In this document: piece after piece, positions 9,292 through 17,921 of the stretch
How the letters are laid out: every line of letters begins with the position of its first letter
How positions within the stretch are numbered: the stretch's first letter is position 1
Assembly (NCBI GenBank): GCA_020048155.1
Contig: JAIFMY010000042.1
Location: 1-48,178 of the forward strand
DNA from: Bacteroidota bacterium
Lineage (GTDB): Bacteria; Bacteroidota; Bacteroidia; Bacteroidales; DYOH01
Length of the DNA: 48,178 nt
Reading direction: 5' to 3'
Notes under the pieces: generated by a model
Told to the model about the DNA's origin: nothing
The model's database searches: none
Seen by the model: the letters and a program-made list of their open reading frames with translations, nothing else
Program-made: the position numbers and the translations under genes

Positions 9292-12200
9292 ATGAACGTG
9301 AATAGTTTTCTTATTTCCTGCGTAAAAGATATTTTCAATAAGACCCAAGCAACCGAAAATTTGCCCATTTGGCGCGAAGAATACAAACGCTTGAGAATGT
9401 TGTATACACAGGCATTTGATTTTATAGATGCTGGTCTTGAAGGAATAGAAAGTAAAAACTTGGAGCTTAATCCGGAACAAATATTAGAAGACCTTACTTC
9501 ATTCAATCCTCATCTTCAGTTTCTTGTGGATAATGTGACTATCCCTATAGACAATGCCCCCATAGGTGTAGCCATGCTCAAAGATGGCAAGATAATGTAT
9601 AGCAACGACGCGGTAAGCGATATTTTTGGATACACCAAAGCAGAATTGCTTTCAATAGAACCGGGGGTCCTTATATCAGATGATTTTCGAGATAAAATAA
9701 ACTACATGCACGGCAATATAGGTTTTGTAGGTAGCAATAGCCCGAGTGGATTCGATGTAAAAGTTGTGGCTAAAGGAGCGATAAATAAATGGATAAATAT
9801 TTCAAGCACACAATTCATAAACAACGAGCAGAATTTCATCATCGATTTTATCAGAGATATAACCATTCGTAAAGATTTCGAACTGCGACTGCTCAATTCC
9901 GACAATCTTTATTTCAGCACCATCAATTCGTTGCGCGATTTCATTTTTGTAATCGATCGCGATTTTCGCATCCTATTGGCCAACGAAGCATATATGGGTT
10001 TTCACCGCACTATATTCGGCGACAAACCATTTATTAATGAGAATCTGTCGGATGTGAGGCCTTTTTTCGACGATAACACCTGGGAGGAGTACAATTCTGT
10101 GTTTTTGGTAGGAAAAGAACATGAATCGGATCAAAAATTTATCATAAAGGGAAAGGTATTTTACCTAAAAATAAAAAAATCGCCTGTGGTCATAAATGGA
10201 TCAGTGGTAAGGGTGATAACCATCATCATAGATATTACCAAAGATACCATAGTTAAACAGACAATGGCTCTCAATGAGCAAAAATTCAGGCAACTGGCAT
10301 ATGAGGCCACCGAAGGTATCATCATGTCTGATTTGCATGCCAAAATAGTAGATTGGAACCGTACTATGGAGCGTATCACCGGGTATACCAACGAAGAAAT
10401 GGTAGGCAAAATGTTGAATAATTTTGAACAGATGTTGCCTGACCATACACCTATAAGTACCGATTTGACAGCGTACCACCAACTCCTCAAAAATCCGGCC
10501 CCCGATGTTTTTAATGTAAAACGTGAATTCAGGCTGCAAAAGAAAAATGGCAATCTGGCAAATGTACAAATCACCCTATTCCCTATAAAAACCGATGCTG
10601 AGTATCTGCTCGGAATACTGCTCAATGATGTGACCGACATCAGACGTATAGAGCAAATGCGCGAGCAACGCCGGCAGGAAGTTGTAAAACTATCACAAGC
10701 AGCACTCGATATGATGGAAATACAGTCGCTGCATGGTACACATACATATATTGTAAACTGGTTGTCCAACAATTTGTTAGGCGCGCCAGTTTTTTATCTC
10801 AATATAGAAGAAATAAAAAGTACAGCCGAGTTTAGCGCATATACAGGCATTCAGACATCGCAACGGGAAATTCTCAACGAGGCTTTCCCTGCATGGGATA
10901 AGACTCATATATCGCTCACAGAGGAGTTTTTGATATTGCTTCAACGTGGAAAATTATTCAAACTCGAAAAAAATATTCCCGAATTTGTGCTGCAGAGCTA
11001 CAGCAATGAGGAGCTCAATATGTTTAATCACATACTTGGTACTGTAAGCATATATGGCATAGGCCTCACTTGGATTGGACAGATTTTTGGGGTGATACTA
11101 CTTCAGATCCCGGACGAAACTGCAACCGACCATACACCTGTGATAGAAGCTTTTGTGCATCAGGCAACCATAGCTGTGCGGCGCAAGATAATTGAAGCGG
11201 ATTTGGCCAAAGCCAGAACACGTGCAGAAGAAGCCGACCATATGAAATCTATGTTTCTGGCCAATATGTCGCACGAAATACGTAGCCCGCTCAATGGGAT
11301 ACTTGGGTTTACAGACCTTATGCGTCGTATGCAACTGCCCGATAAGGCGCAAAAGTTTACTCATCTGATACACCAGAATGGGAACCACTTGCTTGAGCTT
11401 ATCAACGATATTATTGATTTTTCGAAAATTGAAGCCGGACAGCTCGAAATAAACCCCGAGCAAGCTAATCTTTACGATTTGGTCACCCAAATAGATCAAA
11501 TGTTCCGTAACCAATTGTCTTCGCAAGGCATTTTAATTGAGCAGCTCAAGTTTACTGTTGTTAATGAATTGGAGGCCGGAAACTCGCAGTATATGCTCGA
11601 CTCACTGCGCTGGCGGCAGGTTATTATCAATCTGCTTAGCAATGCATTCAAGTTCACCACTGAGGGGGAAGTCAGGTTTATTGTTAAAAAACAAGAACGC
11701 GATTTGTATTTTGAGGTGTCAGATACAGGTATAGGCATTCCCCCCGAAAAACTGAAATGGATATTCGACCGTTATTCTCAAGTTGGGCCCCAAATCACCC
11801 GTCAGTATGGTGGTTCAGGCCTCGGATTGTCCATAACCAAAGGGCTGGTTTCGCTTATGGGAGGCGAGATAAAAGTATTGTCGCAAGAAGGTGCCGGCTC
11901 TGTTTTTAGCTTCAAGATTCCGGCATTGCATACACCATCGCAACCTGAACTAGAACAGGTATTAGCCGCAAGCCAACAAATAGATTTGAAAAATAAGCAT
12001 GTTTTGCTCATTGAAGACGATATCATCAGTCAGGAATATATTTTGAATATACTTGAAAACCTGAATGTGAAACTTACTATTAAAAGTTCGGCTCGAAGCA
12101 TAGATAAGTGGTTGCAAGAACTTGGCCATATCGACATTGCACTGATAGATCTTCAATTACCTGATGTCGATGGTTTTGATGTGATAAAAAAAATAAAAGA

Positions 12201-12348
12201 GTACGACGCAGCAATATATTGCATCGCACAAACAGCCTTTGCCACTGCCGAATATAAGAAAAGGTGCTTCGACGCCGGATTCAATTTTTATATTTCAAAA
12301 CCATACAAAAGCGGCCATCTGGTAGAAGCCCTCATGCAAGCAAATTAG
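9292..12348 (+). CDS. Cytoplasmic multi-PAS (plus GAF-like) hybrid histidine kinase
   Basis: Three PAS/PAC units (RDIT, IDIT, NDVT); MSHEIRSPLN, NLLSNAFKFT, DTGIG, GSGLGL; intact receiver (IEDD, IDLQLP, QTA, SKP). Confidence 0.93.
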   Translation: MNVNSFLISCVKDIFNKTQATENLPIWREEYKRLRMLYTQAFDFIDAGLEGIESKNLELNPEQILEDLTSFNPHLQFLVDNVTIPIDNAPIGVAMLKDGKIMYSNDAVSDIFGYTKAELLSIEPGVLISDDFRDKINYMHGNIGFVGSNSPSGFDVKVVAKGAINKWINISSTQFINNEQNFIIDFIRDITIRKDFELRLLNSDNLYFSTINSLRDFIFVIDRDFRILLANEAYMGFHRTIFGDKPFINENLSDVRPFFDDNTWEEYNSVFLVGKEHESDQKFIIKGKVFYLKIKKSPVVINGSVVRVITIIIDITKDTIVKQTMALNEQKFRQLAYEATEGIIMSDLHAKIVDWNRTMERITGYTNEEMVGKMLNNFEQMLPDHTPISTDLTAYHQLLKNPAPDVFNVKREFRLQKKNGNLANVQITLFPIKTDAEYLLGILLNDVTDIRRIEQMREQRRQEVVKLSQAALDMMEIQSLHGTHTYIVNWLSNNLLGAPVFYLNIEEIKSTAEFSAYTGIQTSQREILNEAFPAWDKTHISLTEEFLILLQRGKLFKLEKNIPEFVLQSYSNEELNMFNHILGTVSIYGIGLTWIGQIFGVILLQIPDETATDHTPVIEAFVHQATIAVRRKIIEADLAKARTRAEEADHMKSMFLANMSHEIRSPLNGILGFTDLMRRMQLPDKAQKFTHLIHQNGNHLLELINDIIDFSKIEAGQLEINPEQANLYDLVTQIDQMFRNQLSSQGILIEQLKFTVVNELEAGNSQYMLDSLRWRQVIINLLSNAFKFTTEGEVRFIVKKQERDLYFEVSDTGIGIPPEKLKWIFDRYSQVGPQITRQYGGSGLGLSITKGLVSLMGGEIKVLSQEGAGSVFSFKIPALHTPSQPELEQVLAASQQIDLKNKHVLLIEDDIISQEYILNILENLNVKLTIKSSARSIDKWLQELGHIDIALIDLQLPDVDGFDVIKKIKEYDAAIYCIAQTAFATAEYKKRCFDAGFNFYISKPYKSGHLVEALMQAN

Positions 12349-12362
12349 ACTTGAGTATATGG

Positions 12363-14957
12363 TTATTTGAAAAACTGATTGAATATATCGTCGGTGAAAG
12401 TGGTATATACAGTCTGATGTCCTTTGCTCTGCTTTTTTACCTCATCGGCTATGAACATAAGTTTGTTTTTTTCAGCAGGTTTTAGATTGAGCAATACATT
12501 CCGAAACAAATAGTTGTGCATATATTTGCCGGAATAGCTAAAAGGCAGGTTGCTCATAAGGTAAAAAGTACCTGTGAACACTGGGGGGGCGGCAAGCAAA
12601 TAATTGTGCTCAGTCCTATAATTTACACTTTTGTAAGCAACCGATGCTTGATCTATTATTACACCCACAGTATCGGAACCCGCATGCCTGAAATCTGAAA
12701 TGATTTGGTTAAGACTAATGCCTTCAACCGAGATATCGCAAGATTTCTGTATGAGCGCAAGATTGGGAATAAAATAATTGATTGAGTCGAGATAAAATAC
12801 TGTTCCAGCAAAGTACAATATAACTTTGCCGCTATGCTTTTGCTGTTGCACCAATGCTTTGCGCAAAGTAAGCAGAAAATCAGCCCTGTCAGTTTGGTTT
12901 ACAATATTTACTTCGTATCCAGAGCCTTCAAACCATTCTATAAGTTCATCTTTCCGTTCGAGCGTCACATCAGAAGTCTGAAAAATCCAGACACTATTTT
13001 TCCTTATGGGGTTTGATTCTATTTTAACTTGAATTATTTCCGATTCGGTTTTTCCATAATCGTTGATAGCCTGAACCTGTATCAGGTTATTTTCTTCTTT
13101 AACCAAAGCAGTACATTCTATGATGATATCGAAACCGTATTCCGGATTTTTAGCAAAGTTTATCTGCATTTGATTATACACCAACTTATGATTTACATAT
13201 AATTGTATATTGTGCAACGGAGTAGACGAACGTATACCAAACTTCAGGTTTACCAATTTTTGGGTAGAACGGTAAGAAGCATCGATGGGTTTAATCCAAA
13301 GTACTTCGGGTGCCAACTGTGTAGGGGGGGTTTCGGTAATAAATACATTTTTACGGAAAAGACCTTTAAGGGTATCCTTTTGGTTTGTATACACCCCGTA
13401 TCCATCGTACATATCATCTTTCCAACTACCCAGATAAGATGCACCATTGCTCAGAAGTTGCAAACCAAAACCATTTCTATAATTATTTTTAAACATACCT
13501 TGAAAATAGTTTCCATGCTCATCAGTGTATCTTCCGAATCCATGAAAATTGCTCAGAAACCAAGCGCCGGAGTATTGCCAACCGCCAGATGAGATGTATT
13601 GTCCTGTGCCTTCGAAACAATTGCCACTAATGCAACCAAAAAAACCGTCGGTAGAAGCCACAAGTTTATGTTGTTTCCATATACCGTTCAAAATTCTTCC
13701 GTCGGGGTAGTGCATAGAACCCTCACCTTCTATAGTATCTTTTTTGAATTGTCCTTCAAATCTTTTGCCATCTGAAAAATAAAAAGTACCAATTCCATCT
13801 CGGTAATCGTCGCGGAATGGCCCCAGATATTTTTCACCATTTACGAATGTATGCAGACCAACGCCATGCTTTTTGTTGTTTCGCCAGGTTCCTTCGTATT
13901 CGTTTCCTGTATCGAAAAAGTTGTACCCCCATCCATTGCGTTTATCATCGAGCCAGAATCCTGTATATTTTTCACCCGAAACCCAAGTATATTCGCCAAA
14001 ACCACTATGGCAATTGCCGGTTTGGCAAGCGTTTTTCAAGGTATCTGCAACCAAATACTTTCCATTTACATAAAATCCTTTTTGAGAGTATCCGAAAGGG
14101 TAGGTCAATTCGCCAATTCCATGAGGCAAAAAAGCCAGCATCTCGCCGGTGTAAGTAGCACCATACAAAGGCGAATTGTTGCGGAACAACAAACTTCCGG
14201 TGCCTTTAGCGCAGTTTCCGGCAAGGCATGTATCGGCATGAAAGGCAATTACGATATCATCGAGCGTTTTTCCATTTTTCCACATATTTGTTTTTTCGCT
14301 CCCAGAAGCCATTTTATATGTACCAAGGCCATTGGGTAAGCCATTGTACCAATTTCCTACATAAGTGTCGCCATTTGGATACCACATGGTGCCAAAACCG
14401 TTGATGGTATCGTATAGCCAGCGACCATCGTATATCATACCGTTGCTAAAGATTTGTTTTCCATTTCCGTGGCGCCAGCTACCAAGCCATTCACCGTCAT
14501 ATACATCGCCATTTACCCATTTGTACAAACCTACCCCGGTACAGCAATTGCCTTGCAGGCAGCCAAACGAAGAGTTGCTTACACCCGAAGGCACATTATT
14601 GGTCCATGTAGCCGACATAAAAGAGGAGTCAGCATAAAACAGAGTTCCACTTCCGGCTTTCTGGCCATTTATCCAGTTGCCTGTATAAATTTCGCCATTG
14701 GCACCATACTCGGTACCAAGGCCCGCCCTGGTTCCTTTTTCAAATAACCCTATATAAATGAGTTTGTTGTCCTTTTTGAGGAGGCCTTTGCCCTCGGGCA
14801 TATTTCCTGCAAAATTGCCTTCGTAAGTATTTCCATCAGCAAGTTTAGCTATGCCATACCCATCTGCACAATTTCCGGAGATACACTGGATTTTGCTTTG
14901 GGCCGAAGCGAAGAAAGGAAAAAGAATACAAGCCAATACGAATAAATAACGGTACAT
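12363..14957 (-). CDS. Secreted MORN-repeat protein with Ig-like linker and degenerate caspase-like (C14) C-terminal domain
   Basis: Signal peptide; many YxGxWxxGxxxGxG repeats in blocks started by CxxGNCxxGxG; C-terminal VILYFAGT..NYFIP and VIIDQAS resembling caspase-fold motifs. Confidence 0.8.
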   Translation of the reverse strand: MYRYLFVLACILFPFFASAQSKIQCISGNCADGYGIAKLADGNTYEGNFAGNMPEGKGLLKKDNKLIYIGLFEKGTRAGLGTEYGANGEIYTGNWINGQKAGSGTLFYADSSFMSATWTNNVPSGVSNSSFGCLQGNCCTGVGLYKWVNGDVYDGEWLGSWRHGNGKQIFSNGMIYDGRWLYDTINGFGTMWYPNGDTYVGNWYNGLPNGLGTYKMASGSEKTNMWKNGKTLDDIVIAFHADTCLAGNCAKGTGSLLFRNNSPLYGATYTGEMLAFLPHGIGELTYPFGYSQKGFYVNGKYLVADTLKNACQTGNCHSGFGEYTWVSGEKYTGFWLDDKRNGWGYNFFDTGNEYEGTWRNNKKHGVGLHTFVNGEKYLGPFRDDYRDGIGTFYFSDGKRFEGQFKKDTIEGEGSMHYPDGRILNGIWKQHKLVASTDGFFGCISGNCFEGTGQYISSGGWQYSGAWFLSNFHGFGRYTDEHGNYFQGMFKNNYRNGFGLQLLSNGASYLGSWKDDMYDGYGVYTNQKDTLKGLFRKNVFITETPPTQLAPEVLWIKPIDASYRSTQKLVNLKFGIRSSTPLHNIQLYVNHKLVYNQMQINFAKNPEYGFDIIIECTALVKEENNLIQVQAINDYGKTESEIIQVKIESNPIRKNSVWIFQTSDVTLERKDELIEWFEGSGYEVNIVNQTDRADFLLTLRKALVQQQKHSGKVILYFAGTVFYLDSINYFIPNLALIQKSCDISVEGISLNQIISDFRHAGSDTVGVIIDQASVAYKSVNYRTEHNYLLAAPPVFTGTFYLMSNLPFSYSGKYMHNYLFRNVLLNLKPAEKNKLMFIADEVKKQSKGHQTVYTTFTDDIFNQFFK

Positions 14958-14975
14958 AAGTCGGTATTTTTATGA

Positions 14976-14983
14976 CAAAGATA
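14976..14983 (-). promoter_or_regulatory. Sigma-A -7 element (TATCTTTG on minus strand)
   Basis: TAnnTTTG about 20 nt before the MORN gene start. Confidence 0.6.
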
Positions 14984-15075
14984 AATCAATATACAAATTT
15001 TTCCACTAAGAAAAAAATCGCTCAAAGGTAATGGGGACTACATTAATTAACAAATATCAAATATAATACCAATAT

Positions 15076-15129
15076 AAAAGGCCTGACTTATCTCTTTTGG
15101 GACTCCAAGGAGATTGGTACAGGCCTTTT
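15076..15129 (-). terminator. Long imperfect hairpin, probable terminator of the 15156-15575 gene
   Basis: AAAAGGCCTG...CAGGCCTTTT outer stem plus imperfect inner stem (ATCTC..TTGG / CCAA..GAGAT). Confidence 0.6.
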
Positions 15130-15155
15130 CGATAAACTGTAGACTTATATAAAAC

Positions 15156-15575
15156 TTAGCTTGCCATTTGTAAATCTTTATTGAGCCAACTCTGAGCCTT
15201 TTCATACGTGTCAAAAAGTTGAAATTCAATAGTCTCGGGCTTCAAATGCCTGAGTAAATCATCTATCACTATTTGAGTGATCATGTCACCACTTTTTACA
15301 AGAGCTATTTTCCCAATTCCATTTTTACTGATTACAGTATTTATGAATTTGTAAAAATGTGGTTTAAAGTCAAATTCACCTTTATATGTTAGGTTTTCCA
15401 AATTAGCCAATACTTTCTTGGGTTTGGAATATTTAAGATAATAAGCCAGATTTAAAAGTTTCGAACGATAATTTTGCTGCCTGAGCTGTGAACTAGCCTG
15501 CGACCATTGAACTTCTAGTAAAGATTTTGAAGTCAGGTAGTTCAGAGTTTGATATTCATCTGCGTAAATGATCAT
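15156..15575 (-). CDS. Hypothetical protein, STAS/SpoIIAA-like small alpha/beta domain
   Basis: 139 aa with the pattern KPKKVLAN..GIGKIALV..FDTYEKAQSWL, typical of SpoIIAA-like proteins. Confidence 0.6.
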   Translation of the reverse strand: MIIYADEYQTLNYLTSKSLLEVQWSQASSQLRQQNYRSKLLNLAYYLKYSKPKKVLANLENLTYKGEFDFKPHFYKFINTVISKNGIGKIALVKSGDMITQIVIDDLLRHLKPETIEFQLFDTYEKAQSWLNKDLQMAS

Positions 15576-15781
15576 AATGCAATTATTTTACTCTTAAGAT
15601 GCAATGCATGCCTTGCGCGTTGCGTGATGATCTATTTTTTTTTGGAAAAGAATAGAATACTTATGTGATGAGATTAATCATATGTCCTGCAAACGTTTTC
15701 CGTGTAAAAGAATTGGCAGGCACAAAGAACTATTTTACTTTAGCGCCTATAAAGCAAATAATTTAATTAATATTGTAAATA

Positions 15782-17854
15782 ATGGTAAATCAGCAGCTTA
15801 TAAATCCGAAAAGCATAGTTGTGGTTGGCGGAACCGACAATATAAAAAGCCCGGGCGGCAAAGTGCTCAAAAATTTGATTGATTCCGGATTTGCCGGCGA
15901 ATTGTATGTAGTGAATCCAAAGCAGGAACAAGTGCAAGGCCTGAAGGCTTACAAAGATGTTACCATGCTGCCATCTGCAGATTTAGCCATTTTCGCTATT
16001 CCTGCCCGATTTATTCCGGAAACTGCAAGAATATTGGCTCAACAAAAAAATACAAGGGCATTCATAGTGCTTTCTGCTGGTTTCAGTGAGGAAAGTGCGG
16101 AAGGGAAAATGCTCGAAGATGAACTTGTATCTGTAGTAAATTCAGTAAATGGTGCGCTGATAGGTCCTAACTGCATAGGAGTGCTCAATACCAATTATGC
16201 TGGGGTTTTTACCACACCCATTCCTGCCTTGTCAACCTCAGGAGTCGATTTTATAAGCGGTTCCGGAGCTACTGCCGTTTTCATCATGGAAGCCGGAGTG
16301 CCAAAAGGACTGAGCTTCTCGAGCGTGTATTCGGTAGGAAATTCTGCCCAAATGGGGGTAGAAGAAATATTGGAGTATCTGGACAACAGTTTTGACCCCG
16401 AAACCAGCTCAAAAGTAAAATTGCTGTATGTAGAAAGTATTTCGAAACCCGAAAAACTGGTTAAACATGCCACCTCTCTCATAAAAAAAGGTTGCCGTAT
16501 AGCTGCCATCAAATCCGGAAGTTCGGAGGCCGGAAGCCGCGCAGCTTCGTCGCATACCGGAGCTATGGCTAGCCCCGATTTGGCGGTAGATGCGCTATTT
16601 CGCAAAGCAGGCATAGTACGTTGCCATGGACGCGAAGAACTGATAAGCGTAGCTTCTTTATTCATGCATAAACCCCTGACCGGGAAGAATATTGCAGTAA
16701 TCACGCATGCAGGCGGACCTGCAGTTATGCTTACCGATGCGCTTTCGAAAGGCGGTCTGAATGTGCCACCTATAAACAATGAACGAAAAGCAGAATTGCT
16801 GGAGAAACTATTTCCAGGCTCGTCGGTAAACAATCCGATAGATTTTTTGGCTACCGGAACCGCAGAACAGTTGGGACACATCATAGATTATTGCGAAAAT
16901 GTTTTTGATGAAATAGATGCCATGGCGGTTATTTTTGGTAGCCCCGGTTTGTTTGATGTGTATGATGTTTATGATCTGCTTCACGAAAAAATGAAACAGT
17001 GCAGCAAACCTATTTACCCCATACTGCCCTCTGTAGTAAATGTGAAGAATGAAATAAAAGCATTTTTGGATAAAGGACGAATCAATTTTCCGGATGAAGT
17101 AATTTTTGGAAATGCCCTGGCCAGCGTGCATCAGACACCAAGCCCATTTGTTGCAGAAGAATTGAGCATAAAAGCTGACGTGGAAAAGATACGGAATGTA
17201 ATAGAGCAAAATACCGATGGCTATCTGCTACCAGAGCAAGTGCAGCAACTGCTGGATGCAGTGCAGATAGACCGGGCACAGGAACAAACAGCCAAAAGTA
17301 CAGAAGACGCTTTGGCTGCTGCTGCTATACTCGGTTTTCCTTTAGTAATGAAAGTGGTAGGTCCTGTACACAAATCGGATGTGGGTGGTGTAGTGCTTCA
17401 TGTGAAAAATACAGAGACAGTTGAAAGAGAATTTAAGCGCATGATACAAATACCCGAAACTACGGCTGTGTTGCTTCAGCAACAGCTATCGGGCATAGAG
17501 TTGTATATAGGTGCCAACCGCGACGATGTATTCGGGCATATGATACTTGCAGGCCTGGGAGGTATTTTTGTGGAAGTGCTTAAGGATGTGCAACCCGGGC
17601 TTTTGCCTGTGGGCAAAGAAGAAGCCAGGTACATGATAAGCAAATTGCGAGGTGTGCACATGCTCGAAGGTGTCCGCGGCCAGGAACCTGTAGACATTGA
17701 TAAGTATACAGATGCTATAGTGAGGCTTTCTGAATTGCTAAAACATGCACCTGAAATAGCCGAGATGGATATAAATCCGCTTTTGGGCAGCAGCAAGCGC
17801 GTAGTAGCTGTAGATGCCCGCATAAGGCTCGACAGGACGATTCATAAACATTGA
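15782..17854 (+). CDS. Acetate/acyl-CoA ligase (ADP-forming), fused alpha-beta
   Basis: NPKSIVVVG, LIGPNCIG, SSHTGAMA (phospho-His), NPIDFL, ATP-grasp HKSDVGGV, EMDINPL, AVDAR. Confidence 0.92.
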   Translation: MVNQQLINPKSIVVVGGTDNIKSPGGKVLKNLIDSGFAGELYVVNPKQEQVQGLKAYKDVTMLPSADLAIFAIPARFIPETARILAQQKNTRAFIVLSAGFSEESAEGKMLEDELVSVVNSVNGALIGPNCIGVLNTNYAGVFTTPIPALSTSGVDFISGSGATAVFIMEAGVPKGLSFSSVYSVGNSAQMGVEEILEYLDNSFDPETSSKVKLLYVESISKPEKLVKHATSLIKKGCRIAAIKSGSSEAGSRAASSHTGAMASPDLAVDALFRKAGIVRCHGREELISVASLFMHKPLTGKNIAVITHAGGPAVMLTDALSKGGLNVPPINNERKAELLEKLFPGSSVNNPIDFLATGTAEQLGHIIDYCENVFDEIDAMAVIFGSPGLFDVYDVYDLLHEKMKQCSKPIYPILPSVVNVKNEIKAFLDKGRINFPDEVIFGNALASVHQTPSPFVAEELSIKADVEKIRNVIEQNTDGYLLPEQVQQLLDAVQIDRAQEQTAKSTEDALAAAAILGFPLVMKVVGPVHKSDVGGVVLHVKNTETVEREFKRMIQIPETTAVLLQQQLSGIELYIGANRDDVFGHMILAGLGGIFVEVLKDVQPGLLPVGKEEARYMISKLRGVHMLEGVRGQEPVDIDKYTDAIVRLSELLKHAPEIAEMDINPLLGSSKRVVAVDARIRLDRTIHKH

Positions 17855-17864
17855 TTTTTTAAGA

Positions 17865-17915
17865 GGGCTCAAATGCACAGATTATGGTAAAAATGTGTGC
17901 ATTTGGGGCCATTTT
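17865..17915. terminator. Hairpin between convergent genes (probable bidirectional terminator)
   Basis: GGGCTCAAATGCACA ... TGTGCATTTGGGGCC imperfect inverted repeat. Confidence 0.55.
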
Positions 17916-17921
17916 CGCCAA

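Noticed and set aside
13400-14900. Repetitive DNA as a CRISPR array or tandem repeat
   Set aside because: The repeats are degenerate protein-level MORN motifs inside an ORF; there are no identical nucleotide repeats with spacers and no cas genes.
16195-16884. Long antisense ORFs (also 2468-3118, 10161-10772, 23842-24393, 24484-24996)
   Set aside because: They are shadows of well-supported genes on the opposite strand and have no recognisable motifs.
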